DNA of 63,696 bases, the filler included, from Craspedostauros australis (Eukaryota): assembly GCA_030167865.1 (NCBI GenBank). It is 7 parts of 7 records of this genome, joined end to end, with 100 filler letters (N's around TTAATTAATTAA, not from the genome) between each part and the next. Parts side by side here need not be neighbours in the genome. Positions count along the whole stretch, not along the records: positions 28,018 to 36,712 come from JALAGF010002641.1; positions 36,813 to 50,095 come from JALAGF010002642.1; 5 more parts are not named here. The stretch is one strand, 5' to 3'. The position numbers were made by a program, and so were the translations under genes. This document shows, piece after piece, positions 35,855 to 47,901 of this stretch. A model generated the notes under the pieces. The model was given only the letters and a program-made list of their open reading frames with translations, did not search any database and was not told the origin of the DNA. Positions within the stretch are counted from its first letter, which is position 1; each line of letters opens with the position of its first letter.

Positions 35855-36712
35855 TTATGCCAACTTTTTGCTGTTGCCTTGGTACGAGTACATCACCACC
35901 TCAGGCTGCTGCTGCTGGCTCTTGATATCGTTGACGTTGATGTTGTTCGAGCTTGCGGCCTTGGTCGGTGCTGCCTTCTCGGCTGATTTCAAGGCTTGCG
36001 ATCGGTCCTCCTTTGGCATGAAGGGGGTGCAGATGAGGTAGATCAGGTAGAGGAAGAAGATCATCATGTAGTTCGCCAGCGGGATGCGAACGATCTCGTG
36101 CATCTTCTTCATGCGGTCCATGTACTGGTAGGTGCCGACGACGGTGATAGCGAAGGCTGTCGTGGACAGCCGGGTGGCCCTGTCGGAAAGACCCAGGCCG
36201 TAGATCTGGGTGAGGAAGAAGATGCCCGAGAAGCCAAATCCGAACATCTGCCACTTGTTGGTTCCGTTACCATATGCGGTGACGACACCGTGCGGGATTA
36301 CGCACATCTCGAGGAAGAGCTTCCAGCCGCGGTTCAAGTGCGCACGGTGGAACATGAGCACGGACTGGCTGAGCAGCAGGAACATGTACCAGAATCCGTA
36401 GAGGTGGCCCGGAGTCGCTGCCATGGGGTGGTACCAGAAGGTGTAGATCAGACTCCACGAGAAGAAGTAGGAATGGTAGTTCTTGACGATGCTGAGGAAC
36501 CGCTGGGGGAATGACATCTTGTATCCGAAGATGAGCCCACGCCAGGGCGATTCCATGAGGATGATGACCTGCAGCATCATGGCGACGGACGCGATGGACG
36601 TGATCTCTGGCACGTCCTGCGCCAGGCCGTCGTAGAAGTAGCGCGTCTGCAGCCAGTGGGTGACGAAGCCAAACATGTGGATGCCGATCATGGCCCAATT
36701 GAACCAGCGCAT
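35855..36712 (-). CDS. Partial His/Trp-rich polytopic membrane protein of the 'YDGLAQDV' type (unknown function)
   Basis: Open to the gap, with strong GC3 bias. Motifs HWLQTRYFYDGLAQDV, MESPWRGLIFG, YHSYFFSWSLIYTFWYHPM, GHLYGF, HLNRGWKLFLE and PHG recall an uncharacterised family also seen in bacteria. Confidence 0.8.
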   Translation of the reverse strand: MRWFNWAMIGIHMFGFVTHWLQTRYFYDGLAQDVPEITSIASVAMMLQVIILMESPWRGLIFGYKMSFPQRFLSIVKNYHSYFFSWSLIYTFWYHPMAATPGHLYGFWYMFLLLSQSVLMFHRAHLNRGWKLFLEMCVIPHGVVTAYGNGTNKWQMFGFGFSGIFFLTQIYGLGLSDRATRLSTTAFAITVVGTYQYMDRMKKMHEIVRIPLANYMMIFFLYLIYLICTPFMPKEDRSQALKSAEKAAPTKAASSNNINVNDIKSQQQQPEVVMYSYQGNSKKLA

Positions 36713-36812
36713 NNNNNNNNNNNNNNNNNNNNNNNNNNNNNNNNNNNNNNNNNNNNTTAATTAATTAANNNNNNNNNNNNNNNNNNNNNNNNNNNNNNNN
36801 NNNNNNNNNNNN
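36713..36812. other. Artificial scaffold spacer
   Basis: N run with TTAATTAATTAA core. Confidence 0.97.
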
Positions 36813-38111
36813 TGTTGGATGCTCTGATCGGAACGCCTGAAAAAGAGACTAAACAATTCAAAATGGGAACAACCTTGCTGAAACAAAGAACAGCAAAGGG
36901 TTAAGTTGGATCGATGTAGTCGTAGCCAAACAGCTGAAACCCGAAAGAGATCGAAAAATGCGCACATCCATCGGTCCATAAAACTTAAAATACGGCCAAC
37001 CTCAGATCTGGAATGGATTGGTATATGTTTTAGATCTACGAGGATTGGGAATATGTACTTAGTTTTGAAATCGCAGGAAAAAAGTTGCGAGGTCTATTTC
37101 AAAGTCTTGATCGACTCACTCGGGGGGCTCATAGAGAAGTATGCTGCGCGTCGCACGAGAAGCGATGAGTCACGAGTCGGGACTCGCGCGGTTGCAACAA
37201 GAACGGAAACGCCACGAACAAAACCATGTTCCTGGATTTTCTTTTCGTTGTTGCCACAAACGCGTGAAGGAGGCAGAGAGCAAACAGGAACAGTACTGAA
37301 GGTTCCGTGGGCGCCAGAAACCGTTCCCGTTTGATTGCCCCACGAATCTTGATGCGTTGGCTTTGATCACATCACCTGAGATCAAGGTGGAACGAGATCG
37401 AGGGGGGAAAAGCAGGTGGAGGGGAGGCATCGAGACAATCCATTCACGAGAACGCCATGCTGGTGACTTTATGTGTGATTCTGGTGGCTGGAGGGCGTGC
37501 AACTGCAATGCAACGATTCCCGAAGAACGCTGTCATCTTTTGCCCTCATCTCTCTCGGCTGGTACTTTCTTCAGAGCTCTTGAAAGTGAGTGAGATACTG
37601 CAGATCGCGGGTTGGATTGATCCACTGATGCCTCTGGAGACACAGGGTGGAACGGGATTAGAACGCAATCCTTGCAGCAGCAGCAGCAACAACCAGCAGC
37701 TTACGACACTGTGATTGCACAGGTCTGTTGCTATCCTTCCACCTGGTGACTCTGACTGTCAAATGCAGTTGCGAGAAGCATCCTCCTCTGCTCTCTTGAT
37801 GAACGAGTATGTGCCCTCATTTGAATAGATCTCATCAACCGATCAAGGGGAGATCTCGTATGATCTCTATTAGCGTACGATGTAGACATGCCTGTGTAGT
37901 ACTCACGATTCATCGGATTCTCTCCCCAAGCCAGAAGTACTGGAAGAGGCTCACAATTCCCCAAGGTTGTTACGCCTGGATTCGTTTCTCCATCACTTTT
38001 GTGAGAATCCAACAAAGAACATCAACAACGGTGCGCTTCGCACCCACAAAGAGAAATGGATCGGAAGCGGCTGATGTGGAGTCACGCCTCCACCGATCAT
38101 CACGAATCAGC

Positions 38112-38166
38112 GAGAATAGCACCCACGAAGCAGTGAGAATAGCACCCACGAAGCAGTGAGAACAGC
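38112..38166. repeat. 23-bp tandem duplication GAGAATAGCACCCACGAAGCAGT (2 copies plus a partial third) upstream of the LRR gene
   Basis: Directly visible in the sequence. Confidence 0.85.
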
Positions 38167-38400
38167 AAGAGAAGAGGCCATGAGCGACTCTCTCGAGCTC
38201 GGTCCTGCCATTGGATGCTTCAGATCAGATCAGATCAGATCAGCTCAGCTGAGCCAAGCCGAGTTGCGGCGTGGTTGGGACATCGAGGAGGATACGAGTG
38301 TCACGCCGAAGCTCACGAGCAACGGCTTCTACCATAAGCAAGCGCAGGCAACCAGTTCTCCAATCAGGACGAAGTGCAGTCAAACCTCAGCCGCAACGCC

Positions 38401-40584
38401 ATGAGCGACAATGGCGAACGGCCGAGATCGGTTCGGTGGCTTCGGACGCATCAACTCGGATCGAGTGTGGACGGCATCGACGACGATGGTGTTGAAAATG
38501 ACAACGACGGCGTCCGTGTTGCTCCCACACAGACGAGAAGCCCGAAATCCGCTGCTGGAGGCGCAATGCAGAACAACCCAACGCGAGAGCCGTCGCAGCA
38601 GTTGTGGCTGGATTCGGACCATCACCGAAGAGCAACAGATGTATTCACGCGACAAAGCTCGGTAGTCGACAGAACTTCCAACCGTGAGTCCGACTTGTCC
38701 GAGTGGATGCAATCTGCTATCGAAGAACGCGTTGACAACTATGAAGAGTCTCGCGTCGCTGCAGCACTACCGGATGACGATGGCGTGTACCTTGGAGATG
38801 ACGGGCAACGCGCCGAGTACGAGAACGAGTACGAGCTGAGCGATCAACGCAATCGGCATGCACCGAACGAAATGGCGACAGGATCCCAAGAGGCGAACAT
38901 CGACAAAAAAACATCAAAACTATCAGCATCGGCTACGCCATTGCCACCACCCAAGACGTCGACATCAACAACCAACTCCATGATGAAATCGGGGGACAGA
39001 TTGTCGGATGCGGATGAGGCTGAGAAAATGCAACCTGCACCGCATCAACAAGCAAAAGATCCGTCGCAGCATCACCTTTCCATGCTTGAGCAGCATGGTG
39101 CAGCGTGGACTGCCTCGGCTCGAGCTGAAACCAACACTTCCACCCAAGCGGACGCGCCCAAAGTCCCACTGCGGAGAACCACGAGCCATGAAGACGATAC
39201 TACGCCGGGCGCCTTTCGAATCGGCATTTCCCATGGTGCAGATGTTGCACGAGCCGATTCCATGATGGATAATACCGTCGTGATTGGCGATGGAGATTTT
39301 GATGACAGTCCTGACGAAGGAAATGATGCAGGAACAGATCCAGAGCGCGGACTTCGTCATGATGACGATGAAACTGCACCTCCTTCGAAATCTGGTGGGG
39401 ATATGGTAGTGGCCACCACCGCGGACGGAACACCGACCATCCTGTGTGCAGAGTTGGTGAAGAGAATGTCGTCCAGACCGCAGCTCCGAATCGAAGAGCT
39501 CCGACGGGAGTGGGAGGAGGAACAGAAGCAGCTGCGACAAACGGTCAGTGCGCAGTCGACAGCCATCATCGTGCAAGCTGATGCGGTGTCCGACGACAGC
39601 TCGGAGGGTGAAGAGGACCGCAACGTGTGCGGTGTGTCGCGACGCAATCTACCCGTCGTCCTGATCGGAAGTGCGTTCGTGTTGGCTGTAATAATCGTTG
39701 GAGTGGTGCTGAGAGTGTCAGACAACGGCAACAGTACTGATGACAGCCAGAATGGCACTGCCGCGGTACCGACAATCCCGCCAACACCATCACCAACATC
39801 AGCACCAACCGTCTCTCGTTTCGACGACTTGGTTGAGAGATTTCATGAACACGAACAGAGCATCGGCATCCAGTTCCTACCTCCGTCGTTGACTGGTGGT
39901 GATTCCAGCGACGCCACAGCGATCGATCAGAATTCCAAGCCATTCCAAACCTTGACGTGGATGGCCGACGATGACCCAGCAAAGCTGGACTTCACGAACA
40001 CTTCCATTTCCGTCCTCATTGAACGATACGTTTCGGCGCTCTTTTTCTTCTCATCAAGCAAATGGGAAAATGATCTGGCACCCGAAGACAACGCTTGGCT
40101 CTCGGACTTGCCGGTATGCAGATGGATGGATGCTTGTGGAGATGACGAAACTGTATTGAATCACTTCAGGATCAGTAAGTTCTTCATCGTTGACGGGATC
40201 TCAGTGCCGAGCTGAAGAGGTGCGCTCGTTCTGCACTCGTGCGATGCATCATGTGTTGCACGGCAGATCGAGGCTCACCACATGCCTTGCAATTCGCGCG
40301 CTTCCCCGGCTCGTCCATTCCTTTCTTTGTCTCGCACTTTCTCTCTATCTCTGTGTCTCTTTATTGCTTGTTCCTCGTCCATCTTCAGTATCTCAACCCT
40401 CGTTGCTGGGAGCCATACCAACAGAGATTGGCCTCGCCACCCGTCTGACATCAATCACAATGAGTAAGTACAAAGAACGGCATGTTGCCATGTCGCACTT
40501 GTGGGCGAGCGGGCGGTTCAGCACTTACGCCAACTCGGAGGCTTGAACAGTGTCTCAACTGCCCTTCGCCGCAAACGTGCCCTC

Positions 40585-40622
<38 letters not shown>

Positions 40623-41510
40623 GTGCACGCCATATGATTGTAATACATGCGCGCGATGCATGCACTCTCGCACCACCAATTTCTGCACATGGAAAAAACT
40701 TTGGCACTCCCGCTTTTGAGCGTAGCGAATACATCCATGACGGATAGCATCCCATCTACGATGGGGCGTTTGACCGACTTGGAGAGCTTGGATTTGAGTA
40801 CGTGCGGCAAGCCTGTGCCACTGGGGTATTGGCAAGATGGTTGCCTTCTTTTCATTGCGCTTCGTCCAATTGCATCCATCTCCATTTGACAGAGTGACGC
40901 AGACACCTCCACTCTCACACTATCCATTTCATCTTGCCTTCACCCGTACGACCACATCTACGCCGCATCCATTGTGTGTATACATGTCTATGCATGTCCG
41001 CGTTTTACTATTTGGCCCCCAGGGCGCAACGTTTTCACGGGAAAAATCCCCTCCGAACTTGGGCTATTCTCAAAGCTCACGCTTCTCGATCTCTGTAAGT
41101 GAAAACCGCCGCTATGTCCATCTTCTTCTCTGCAACATTTCCCCTTTCCACTTGTATCCAGCACACCATCACTCCATGATATGCTCACATCTCCACACCA
41201 CATTGCAAACTCTCCTGTACTCCACATTCCATGACATCGCAATTCAAACCATCCCCTGCACTTCATGCAAACGGTAGACTTCAACGCGCTCAGGGGCCCC
41301 ATTCCTACGACACTCGCCAACTTGGCCGACACCCTCACGGTGCTCGACTTGGCAGCCAATTTCTTCGACAACACCCGATTCGATGACGTGATATGTCAGC
41401 TGCCAAACACATTTGCATCAGCCGATTGTCTGGAGAACAAGCTCTTCTTTCAAGTTGACTGTACTTGCTGTTCTCAATGCTGCAACCTGACGAACTGCAT
41501 TGCTGTCTGA
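38401..41510 (+). CDS. Type II membrane leucine-rich-repeat protein; exons 38401-40174, 40389-40463, 40726-40797, 41023-41094, 41278-41510
   Basis: Disordered N-terminus with PGAFRI motif, single TM (LPVVLIGSAFVLAVIIVGVVL) and PT-rich stalk. LRR cap (LIERYVSALFFF...WLSDLPVCRW), plant-type LRRs (GAIPTEIG, SIPSTMG, GKIPSELG, GPIPTTLA) and C-terminal ADC...VDCTCCSQC. All introns are GT-AG. Confidence 0.88.
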
Positions 41511-42187
41511 ATCGCCATTACGGGCAGTGGATATGCACCATGGAGTGGCGGGACAAAGAGATCCGCGTGCCATCAGATGTGGCATTCCAAATTCGAGAGG
41601 TTCTGCACAATCACGTGTCTCACTCTAAACGAATGCGGAGGAGCCCTAAACTCGAGTGCAAAGCACGAAAGATATCCGTGAGGAATTTTTCGGGACTGGT
41701 GAATCCACTTAGCCATACTACCCGCAGAGAACAGAAAATGCATCGAGCCTGTAAGACCCCATTCAGCGAAGTCGCGTACTATCCCTTAACGACCCAACGC
41801 CCAATAATTGGGCAATAAAAATTTCATAATCAGTTATTCCAACTTTCGACCCCAACGCCTATGAGTGGGAACCTCTTTTCTTTACATATTCTGAATCCTC
41901 TCGAGCTCTTCTTTCCAACCATGCTACTACATTCATATGTCTTTTACTGTCGTTAGGTTAATATCGTCGCCTAAAGTACTCGTGAATCAATTTCGAGCTG
42001 CGGGACTGTCGCTCAATCCATTGGCGAGACGCGAATCGCCAAATTGGCGAGGTCGCATTTTCGTTTTTCGAATTTGCTTCCTCGCCAACACCCGAGCGTC
42101 ATACCTTTGCTGTTGCGAATCGGCATGCCTCTTCCTCCCAATGCAATGCTTGCAGGTTGCGGTGCCTGCTTCTCTTACCATGCAACC

Positions 42188-42745
42188 AGCATCACATCAT
42201 GTGAGCATGGCATCATGTGAGCATCACAGCATGGCAATATCGCAGCATGGCAATATCGCAGCATGGCAATATCGCAGCATGGCAACATCACAGGATGGCT
42301 GCATCGCAACATCGCATAATCACAACATCGCACGATCACAGCATCGCTGCATCACAGCGTCGCGGCATTGCACCATCACGGCATCGCATCATCGCGACAT
42401 CGCAGCATCACAGCGTCGTGGCATCGCGACATCATGGAATCACATCATCGCAACATCGCAGGATCACAGCATCGTAGCATCACAGCGTTGTGGCATTGAG
42501 CCATCATGGCATCGTGGCATCGCAGCATCACAGCATTGCGGCATTGAAACGTCACAGTGTAGCGGCATTGCAGGATCACACCATCATGGCATCACATCAT
42601 TGCAACATCACATCATCGCAGGATCACAACATTGTTGCAGCATCACAGCATCGTGGAATTGCAGCATCACATCATCGTGGCATCACAGCATCGTGGCATT
42701 GCAACATCACAGCATCAGATCACATCAGTCCAAGTCACATCATGG
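42188..42745. repeat. Degenerate 8-nt (GCATCGCA/GCATCACA-like) tandem array inside the piggyBac 5' region
   Basis: Repeated gcatc(a/g)ca and gcatggcaatatcgca units, including three exact 16-mers near 42228-42280. Confidence 0.85.
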
Positions 42746-43190
42746 TCGACCCCCCAAAAAAGCCATCACAAAAGTGCACACCCCCACAGGCACATTGCCA
42801 TCCTTGCCTGCACACAAGCCCCTTGCATACAACAGGTCACCCTACAGCAGCTCACGGCCACATATCATATTCCTGAATGGTGTGCCTTCCTCTGCCATCT
42901 TCTTTGGAGACAACAACAGCACATCTAATTCTGAGCAAAGTCCAACCTACAGAGACTTCCTTGGAAACAATGAATCCTGCAACACCAGCAACATCTGGGG
43001 CAATCCTGATCTGCCTGCTTTGGATACCACTGCTTCCTCATTGAACATTGATGCCAACCATCAGTCCTGCCATGATGATGCCACAAATGGCAGCACAGTC
43101 AGCCCCATCCCTTCGCCAACACGAAAATCCTACACCAACAGCAGTACTACACCAGAGTTCTCCACAGACAGCACCACCACATGAGGAAAC

Positions 43191-45840
43191 TTGGAGGGTT
43201 GTGCATGCTTCACTAGGGATGGCAGCAACCAGAGAACCATTCCGCAACTGAACTTCCCTCCATTCCCAACACCAACAGATGGGCAATCCAGGCGCAATAC
43301 CGTTGTCTGCTCCAAAGAATCCACCAAGCCACCCTGGGATTCCTGTCATGCAGCCTCCCCAGAGGACAAAATTGCCAGTCCTCCAGTACCTCTTCATCCC
43401 ATGGTTCCTCCTCCATACACGCCCCTACCCATTGGAAATCACAAGCCAAGATTTGCTGGCATTCGGAATTTGAAGACCACAGTGGACAGCCTTCTCGAGA
43501 TCATTTTTCCACATACATTGATGGAAAGAATCCAACGGCATTCAAACAAGCATCTGCAGAAGAGCGGCAGCATGACCAATGCCATCACAATTTCCAAGCT
43601 GTACATATTCCTGGCAATGTACTACTACATGGGAGTATGGAACGCACCATCAAAAAGGGACTATTGGTGTGGCACCTGCGTATCCGTCCCTACTAACACA
43701 CTCATGACCCACCTGAGCAGGAATCGATATGACATCATCTTCCAGCATATCCATTTCACTGCAGAGCTTCCAGATGATGACAACGGATCTTCAGCATCTT
43801 CCACCACACCCATCAACTTCAATGTCAATGAAGATGATATGCAGAAGAGTGCAGACAGTACCACCATTGCATCACAAAGTGAGCTATCATCCATCAGCAC
43901 AGCTTCATTGAAGTTGAACAGTGCAGAGTCCAAGGATACCGGAGCCTCCAATACAAAGCTGCCAGCACAAAAGAAGGCCAAGAAGGAGGGCAGCAGTGTT
44001 CAGTTGAGCCAATCATGGTACAGGAAGGTGCAGTCACTCCCCAACCATACCAATCAAGTGGCCCAACGCATCTGTACAAGACCAGGCTCTGCATGCGCCA
44101 TTGACAAAATGATGGTGCGGTTCAAAGGTCATTCTGCACAGACACACAGGATGAAGATGAAGCCAATCAAAGAAAGCTTCAAATTCTTTGCACTGTGTTG
44201 TTCAAGCACTGGGTTCATGTACCATATCCTATGATAGAGCGAAATTGAATATGGGTAGCGTACCACACCAAAAACGCAGAGTGATCAATTCGTGGTTGTT
44301 GGTGAGGATGATTGTTTGATTAGTGTGTTATTCGTATGAGTAGATGAAGACTGTCAAGCTCCAAAGATTGAGATCTTGGAACTGTGAGCATGAGAGGCAA
44401 CTTGCAGGTCTCATGCAATTGCAGATGGAATATAACACGGAGACAACACAACAAATGTGCGTGTTACTGCGTGGGTTCGGATTTGCAAAAGTCAGAAAAC
44501 AAACACCGCGATACGCCGTGTTGTAGTGTGCAACTCCTCACGATGTTGCGAGTAGAACGATCAGACGATTGATTGTATTCACTCAAGAAGGTTGGGGACG
44601 GTTCCGTATTTATTGGACCCAAGACGGAAGTCTGTCCTGATTGGACAGAGTGGTTCATCTTGGCAAGAAATTCATTTCCGCGACATGTTGGAACTGGGAT
44701 TGACGGGAAAACGGTTCTTGCGACGCGAAATGTGACACAAAATTGACACAACGGAATTTTTACCAGAATTTCCGTTCGGAACGGAAAAGGTAAGAAAAGT
44801 GAAGATTTCTGATTGGTCGACGGGTGTCGCTATTGTTAGGAATATAGCGTTGCGCTAATATCCTACCAGCAGGTCGACTTGACAAGACCACAAGAATCAA
44901 CAACACTGTGGAGGAGTTGATGAATGAATTTGATCGAAGGCATCATCATGTGGTCACCATGGACAACTTCTTCACCACCAAGATGGTTCTCCAGCAGTCA
45001 AGGCAGATAGGCATTGGCATTTTGGGCACAGCACGCAATCAGACCGGATTTCCTCCAAAGGCAGTTAAGGAGGTGGAGGATGACAGGTTCAACAGTCTGT
45101 ACATCTGGATTGAACCAAATGAGCATGTGGTGACTTGGTGGGTGGACAACAACATTGTCCTGATGGTGAGCATGGTTCACTATGGAAATGAGACAGTTGT
45201 TCATGATCGTCACAAGCCAAGAGAGACACGGATCAACAAGAAGCATCTCAAGAAGGTGTGGGGGGATGATTGGAATGCAAGAATCCGCATTCCCAAAATG
45301 ATCAATGAATACAATCACTGGATGGGTGGGGTTGACCAATGTGATCAGCTCATATCATATCATTGTCCAAACATGCGGTGCAGGAGGATATGGATGCCAC
45401 TCATGTTCCATTTCCTGGATATCCTCAGAGTGAACGCATGGATCAGTCATTGTCATCTGGCAGACAAAGAGGAGAGGTTGCCCCAAAAAGAATTCATGCT
45501 GGAGATGGTGGAAGCCCTTGTGAGGAAGTCATCCACATCGAGTTCAAGGGGCACAAGATCGTCTTCCCAGGCACCTAGACTCATAGTGACAAGGCACAGA
45601 ATGAGCACAAATGCCCCCACCCTCCCAGAAGCAAGATTGATGGGAGAAGACAGAGAACATGAGCAAGTTATTGTGAAAGGAGATTGGGCAAAAACGTGCA
45701 GATACTGTGCATTTCTGGCTGCAAATGCAAGACTTTCTGGCAAGGAGGGAACCAAACCTAAACGGGTTACCAGGATGTATAGCTTCTGCCAAGTCTATAT
45801 CTGTAGGGATCATTGGGATATATACCATGGAAAGAAGTGA
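43191..45840 (+). pseudogene. piggyBac (DDD) transposase interrupted at 44232-44865
   Basis: Motifs FLAMYYYMG...KRDYW, LSRNRY..IFQHIHF, CAIDKMMVRFKG...KPIK, VTMDNFFT, GTAR and YNHWMGGVDQCDQ, plus a C-terminal CRYC...C..HW domain. The true start is uncertain. Confidence 0.88.
44232..44857. mobile_element. 626-bp non-autonomous insertion with 8-bp TSD (hAT-like)
   Basis: ATATCCTA is duplicated at 44224-44231 and 44858-44865. Removing the insert and one TSD restores GFMYHIL-PAGRLDK...MDNFFT in frame. The ends are only weakly inverted (TAG.GC.A). Confidence 0.75.
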
Positions 45841-46952
45841 AACAGACACAAACAAAAAATCAGTAGTTTCCCACGATAACACTATTTGTGAGGGGTACAT
45901 GCTTAGTTTTCACGTAGGCCTTGGTAGGGAAAATTCGTTCAACAAACAACTAGTGTCATTATATTGCCCATAATATGGGCGTTATGCTCTGGTCGTAAAG
46001 GGATATGCTCCTCAGATCCTTTCTCTACAACACATCTCGATCCCCTCCATGCTAATGACTACTGCACTATTGCTGGAGTCTTGACGCGTGTATCCAACCT
46101 GCTTCAACTCAAGCAATGGAATCCGAGAGTGAGCTCCATCCACAGCCATTGCTTCATGACCGTCACTATTGAGTGTCATGACCTACAGTGCAATGTATCT
46201 ACGTGTGTGGAGAGCAAGGAACTGTAATAATGATCTACCCTCAAGCACTGAACCAAGTACGTCAGTGCAGGGTCTCACCAAGCTGAGCGACATTGTTTCT
46301 TCACCCTACTAACACCACTAAGCTAACTCATAATAACCAGACAAGGATTAGCTACAAAGCACTCTTCTACTCATCGTTACAGTAACAACTCTTCAATCAG
46401 TACACCTCTCTTGAACTGCATCACACGGCTATCTCGAAGCCGGCAGATTCAGGAGGCATCCTCCACCGATTCGCGCTGACTACGCTTGAATCCTAACTGA
46501 GTACCAGTTTCATCTGAACAAATTAAATTTGTTCGCATAAGGACGCACGTGATCGGACTCACGGTTCTAACACGGCTGTGGGGCTAGTGTGTCCCAACTC
46601 TACTTAACGCGTTGCCAGTTGTAGCAAATCCCGACTTTCTGCCGAGTGTCCCTGACAAACACAGACATCAAACTCATCCAATTCGTTGCACACAGCGCGC
46701 TGGAGTGTGCGTTGACGAGCTTGCCACCATTGCTCGTACCACCGATTATATGGTATTGTAGTGTATACAATTTACCTAGAGTAGTCCGCTCTATTCTGCA
46801 CTCTCGAACATTGGCCGTGCTCCAGAAAGGACTGCCCCACTCCATGTCCTGTAGATGATTTACAACTGTAAAGATGATTCAGCGCACTCCATTGTATAGA
46901 TCTTGCGCAAAATGATATAATACTTTGCTTGCTCCCGGTCCCTCCTTCCTCC

Positions 46953-47864
46953 CTACTTCGTGGTGTAGACAACATCTCTGTAGATCCGATCAAAGTTCCT
47001 GTTGACGAACCAGTTCGATCGATTGAATGCGCCGAAGAATTCGTACCCAGCACGGTCCAGGATGGCCTTGATGGATTGATCCTTGCGCCCATTCCTTCCG
47101 TCGGCTTCGACGAGGATGGTACCGAATTGGTACTGGTCGAAATTGAGCGACTCCAGCGCCAGCAGCTCGGCACCCTCGATATCCAGGGAGAAGAAGTCGA
47201 AGTGGAACGAATCGCCCACAGCCTCCTGCAGAATCTTGTCCAACCGACGGCATTTCACGACCCTCGCGTTGTTGATGAGGCGCTTATTCCACCATTTGGC
47301 CTTGAATTCTTCCGCGGCGAATTCAACGAATCCAGAAATGGCAGGATCGGGCTTGAAATATACCCAATGCAGGTCGCGTTCTTCCAGGCAAACACCTGCG
47401 TGGATCCTGGCGAGCTCGTTGGGGCGGTTCACCAGCACTTTCTCGTAGCTGATGGGGTCGGCCTCGATCAGGACGCCCTTCCAGTCCAAACCTGTGTTGA
47501 AGACGTGGGAATTGCTGTACCGAAGGCCGTCGAGGGCGCCCATTTCGATGTAGGTGCCACCGCAGAGGTTATTGAACCATTTCAGGAGGATCTTGTCTTC
47601 TCCCGACTGCGACAAGTGGAGTCCTGGGGCCAGCTGTCGTTGACAAGGGGTCGCTTGCGTCTTGACGACTGTAGCCGAACGCAGAACCGGTTGAGCGGGG
47701 GGGAGGGGAGGGTTGTCGAAAGTGTCCTCGTTGCTTTCGGATATGGGGCGTGTGAAGTTGGTGAATTGGAGTTGAATGATGATCATGGCAGTGAGCAGGA
47801 TCGTCGGCAGCAGCCTTGTGCAATTCTGCCCGTCCTTCTGTGTTGGTCGTCGAAGTTGCGCCAT
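46953..47864 (-). CDS. FkbM-family (Methyltransf_21) SAM-dependent methyltransferase, type II membrane
   Basis: N-terminal TM, then SQSGED, YIEMGALDGLRYSNS, WKGVLIEADP and DFFSLDIEGAELLALESLNF. Confidence 0.9.
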   Translation of the reverse strand: MAQLRRPTQKDGQNCTRLLPTILLTAMIIIQLQFTNFTRPISESNEDTFDNPPLPPAQPVLRSATVVKTQATPCQRQLAPGLHLSQSGEDKILLKWFNNLCGGTYIEMGALDGLRYSNSHVFNTGLDWKGVLIEADPISYEKVLVNRPNELARIHAGVCLEERDLHWVYFKPDPAISGFVEFAAEEFKAKWWNKRLINNARVVKCRRLDKILQEAVGDSFHFDFFSLDIEGAELLALESLNFDQYQFGTILVEADGRNGRKDQSIKAILDRAGYEFFGAFNRSNWFVNRNFDRIYRDVVYTTK

Positions 47865-47901
47865 GATGTTGCCTTGATTTGGTGGTTGTGCGAGATTGTT
47901 T

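Larger units (their letters stand above)
41783..46002 (+). mobile_element. piggyBac-like DNA transposon (degenerate) with imperfect TIRs
   Basis: Left end CCCTTAACGACCCAACGCCCAATAATTGGGCAATA; reverse complement of right end CCCTTTACGACCAGAGCATAACGCCCATATTATGGGCAATA. Flanks are CTAT and ATAT. An internal transposase is present. Confidence 0.85.

Noticed and set aside
41937..43184. 415-aa His/Ser/Ile-rich ORF
   Set aside because: Starts in transposon subterminal DNA and is mostly translation of the octamer array. Only its 3' end might belong to the transposase N-terminus.
41750..46572. Possible solo LTR (TGTAAG...CTAACA) hosting the piggyBac
   Set aside because: Flanks GAGCC and CGGCT are not a target-site duplication, and no PBS, PPT or second LTR is visible.
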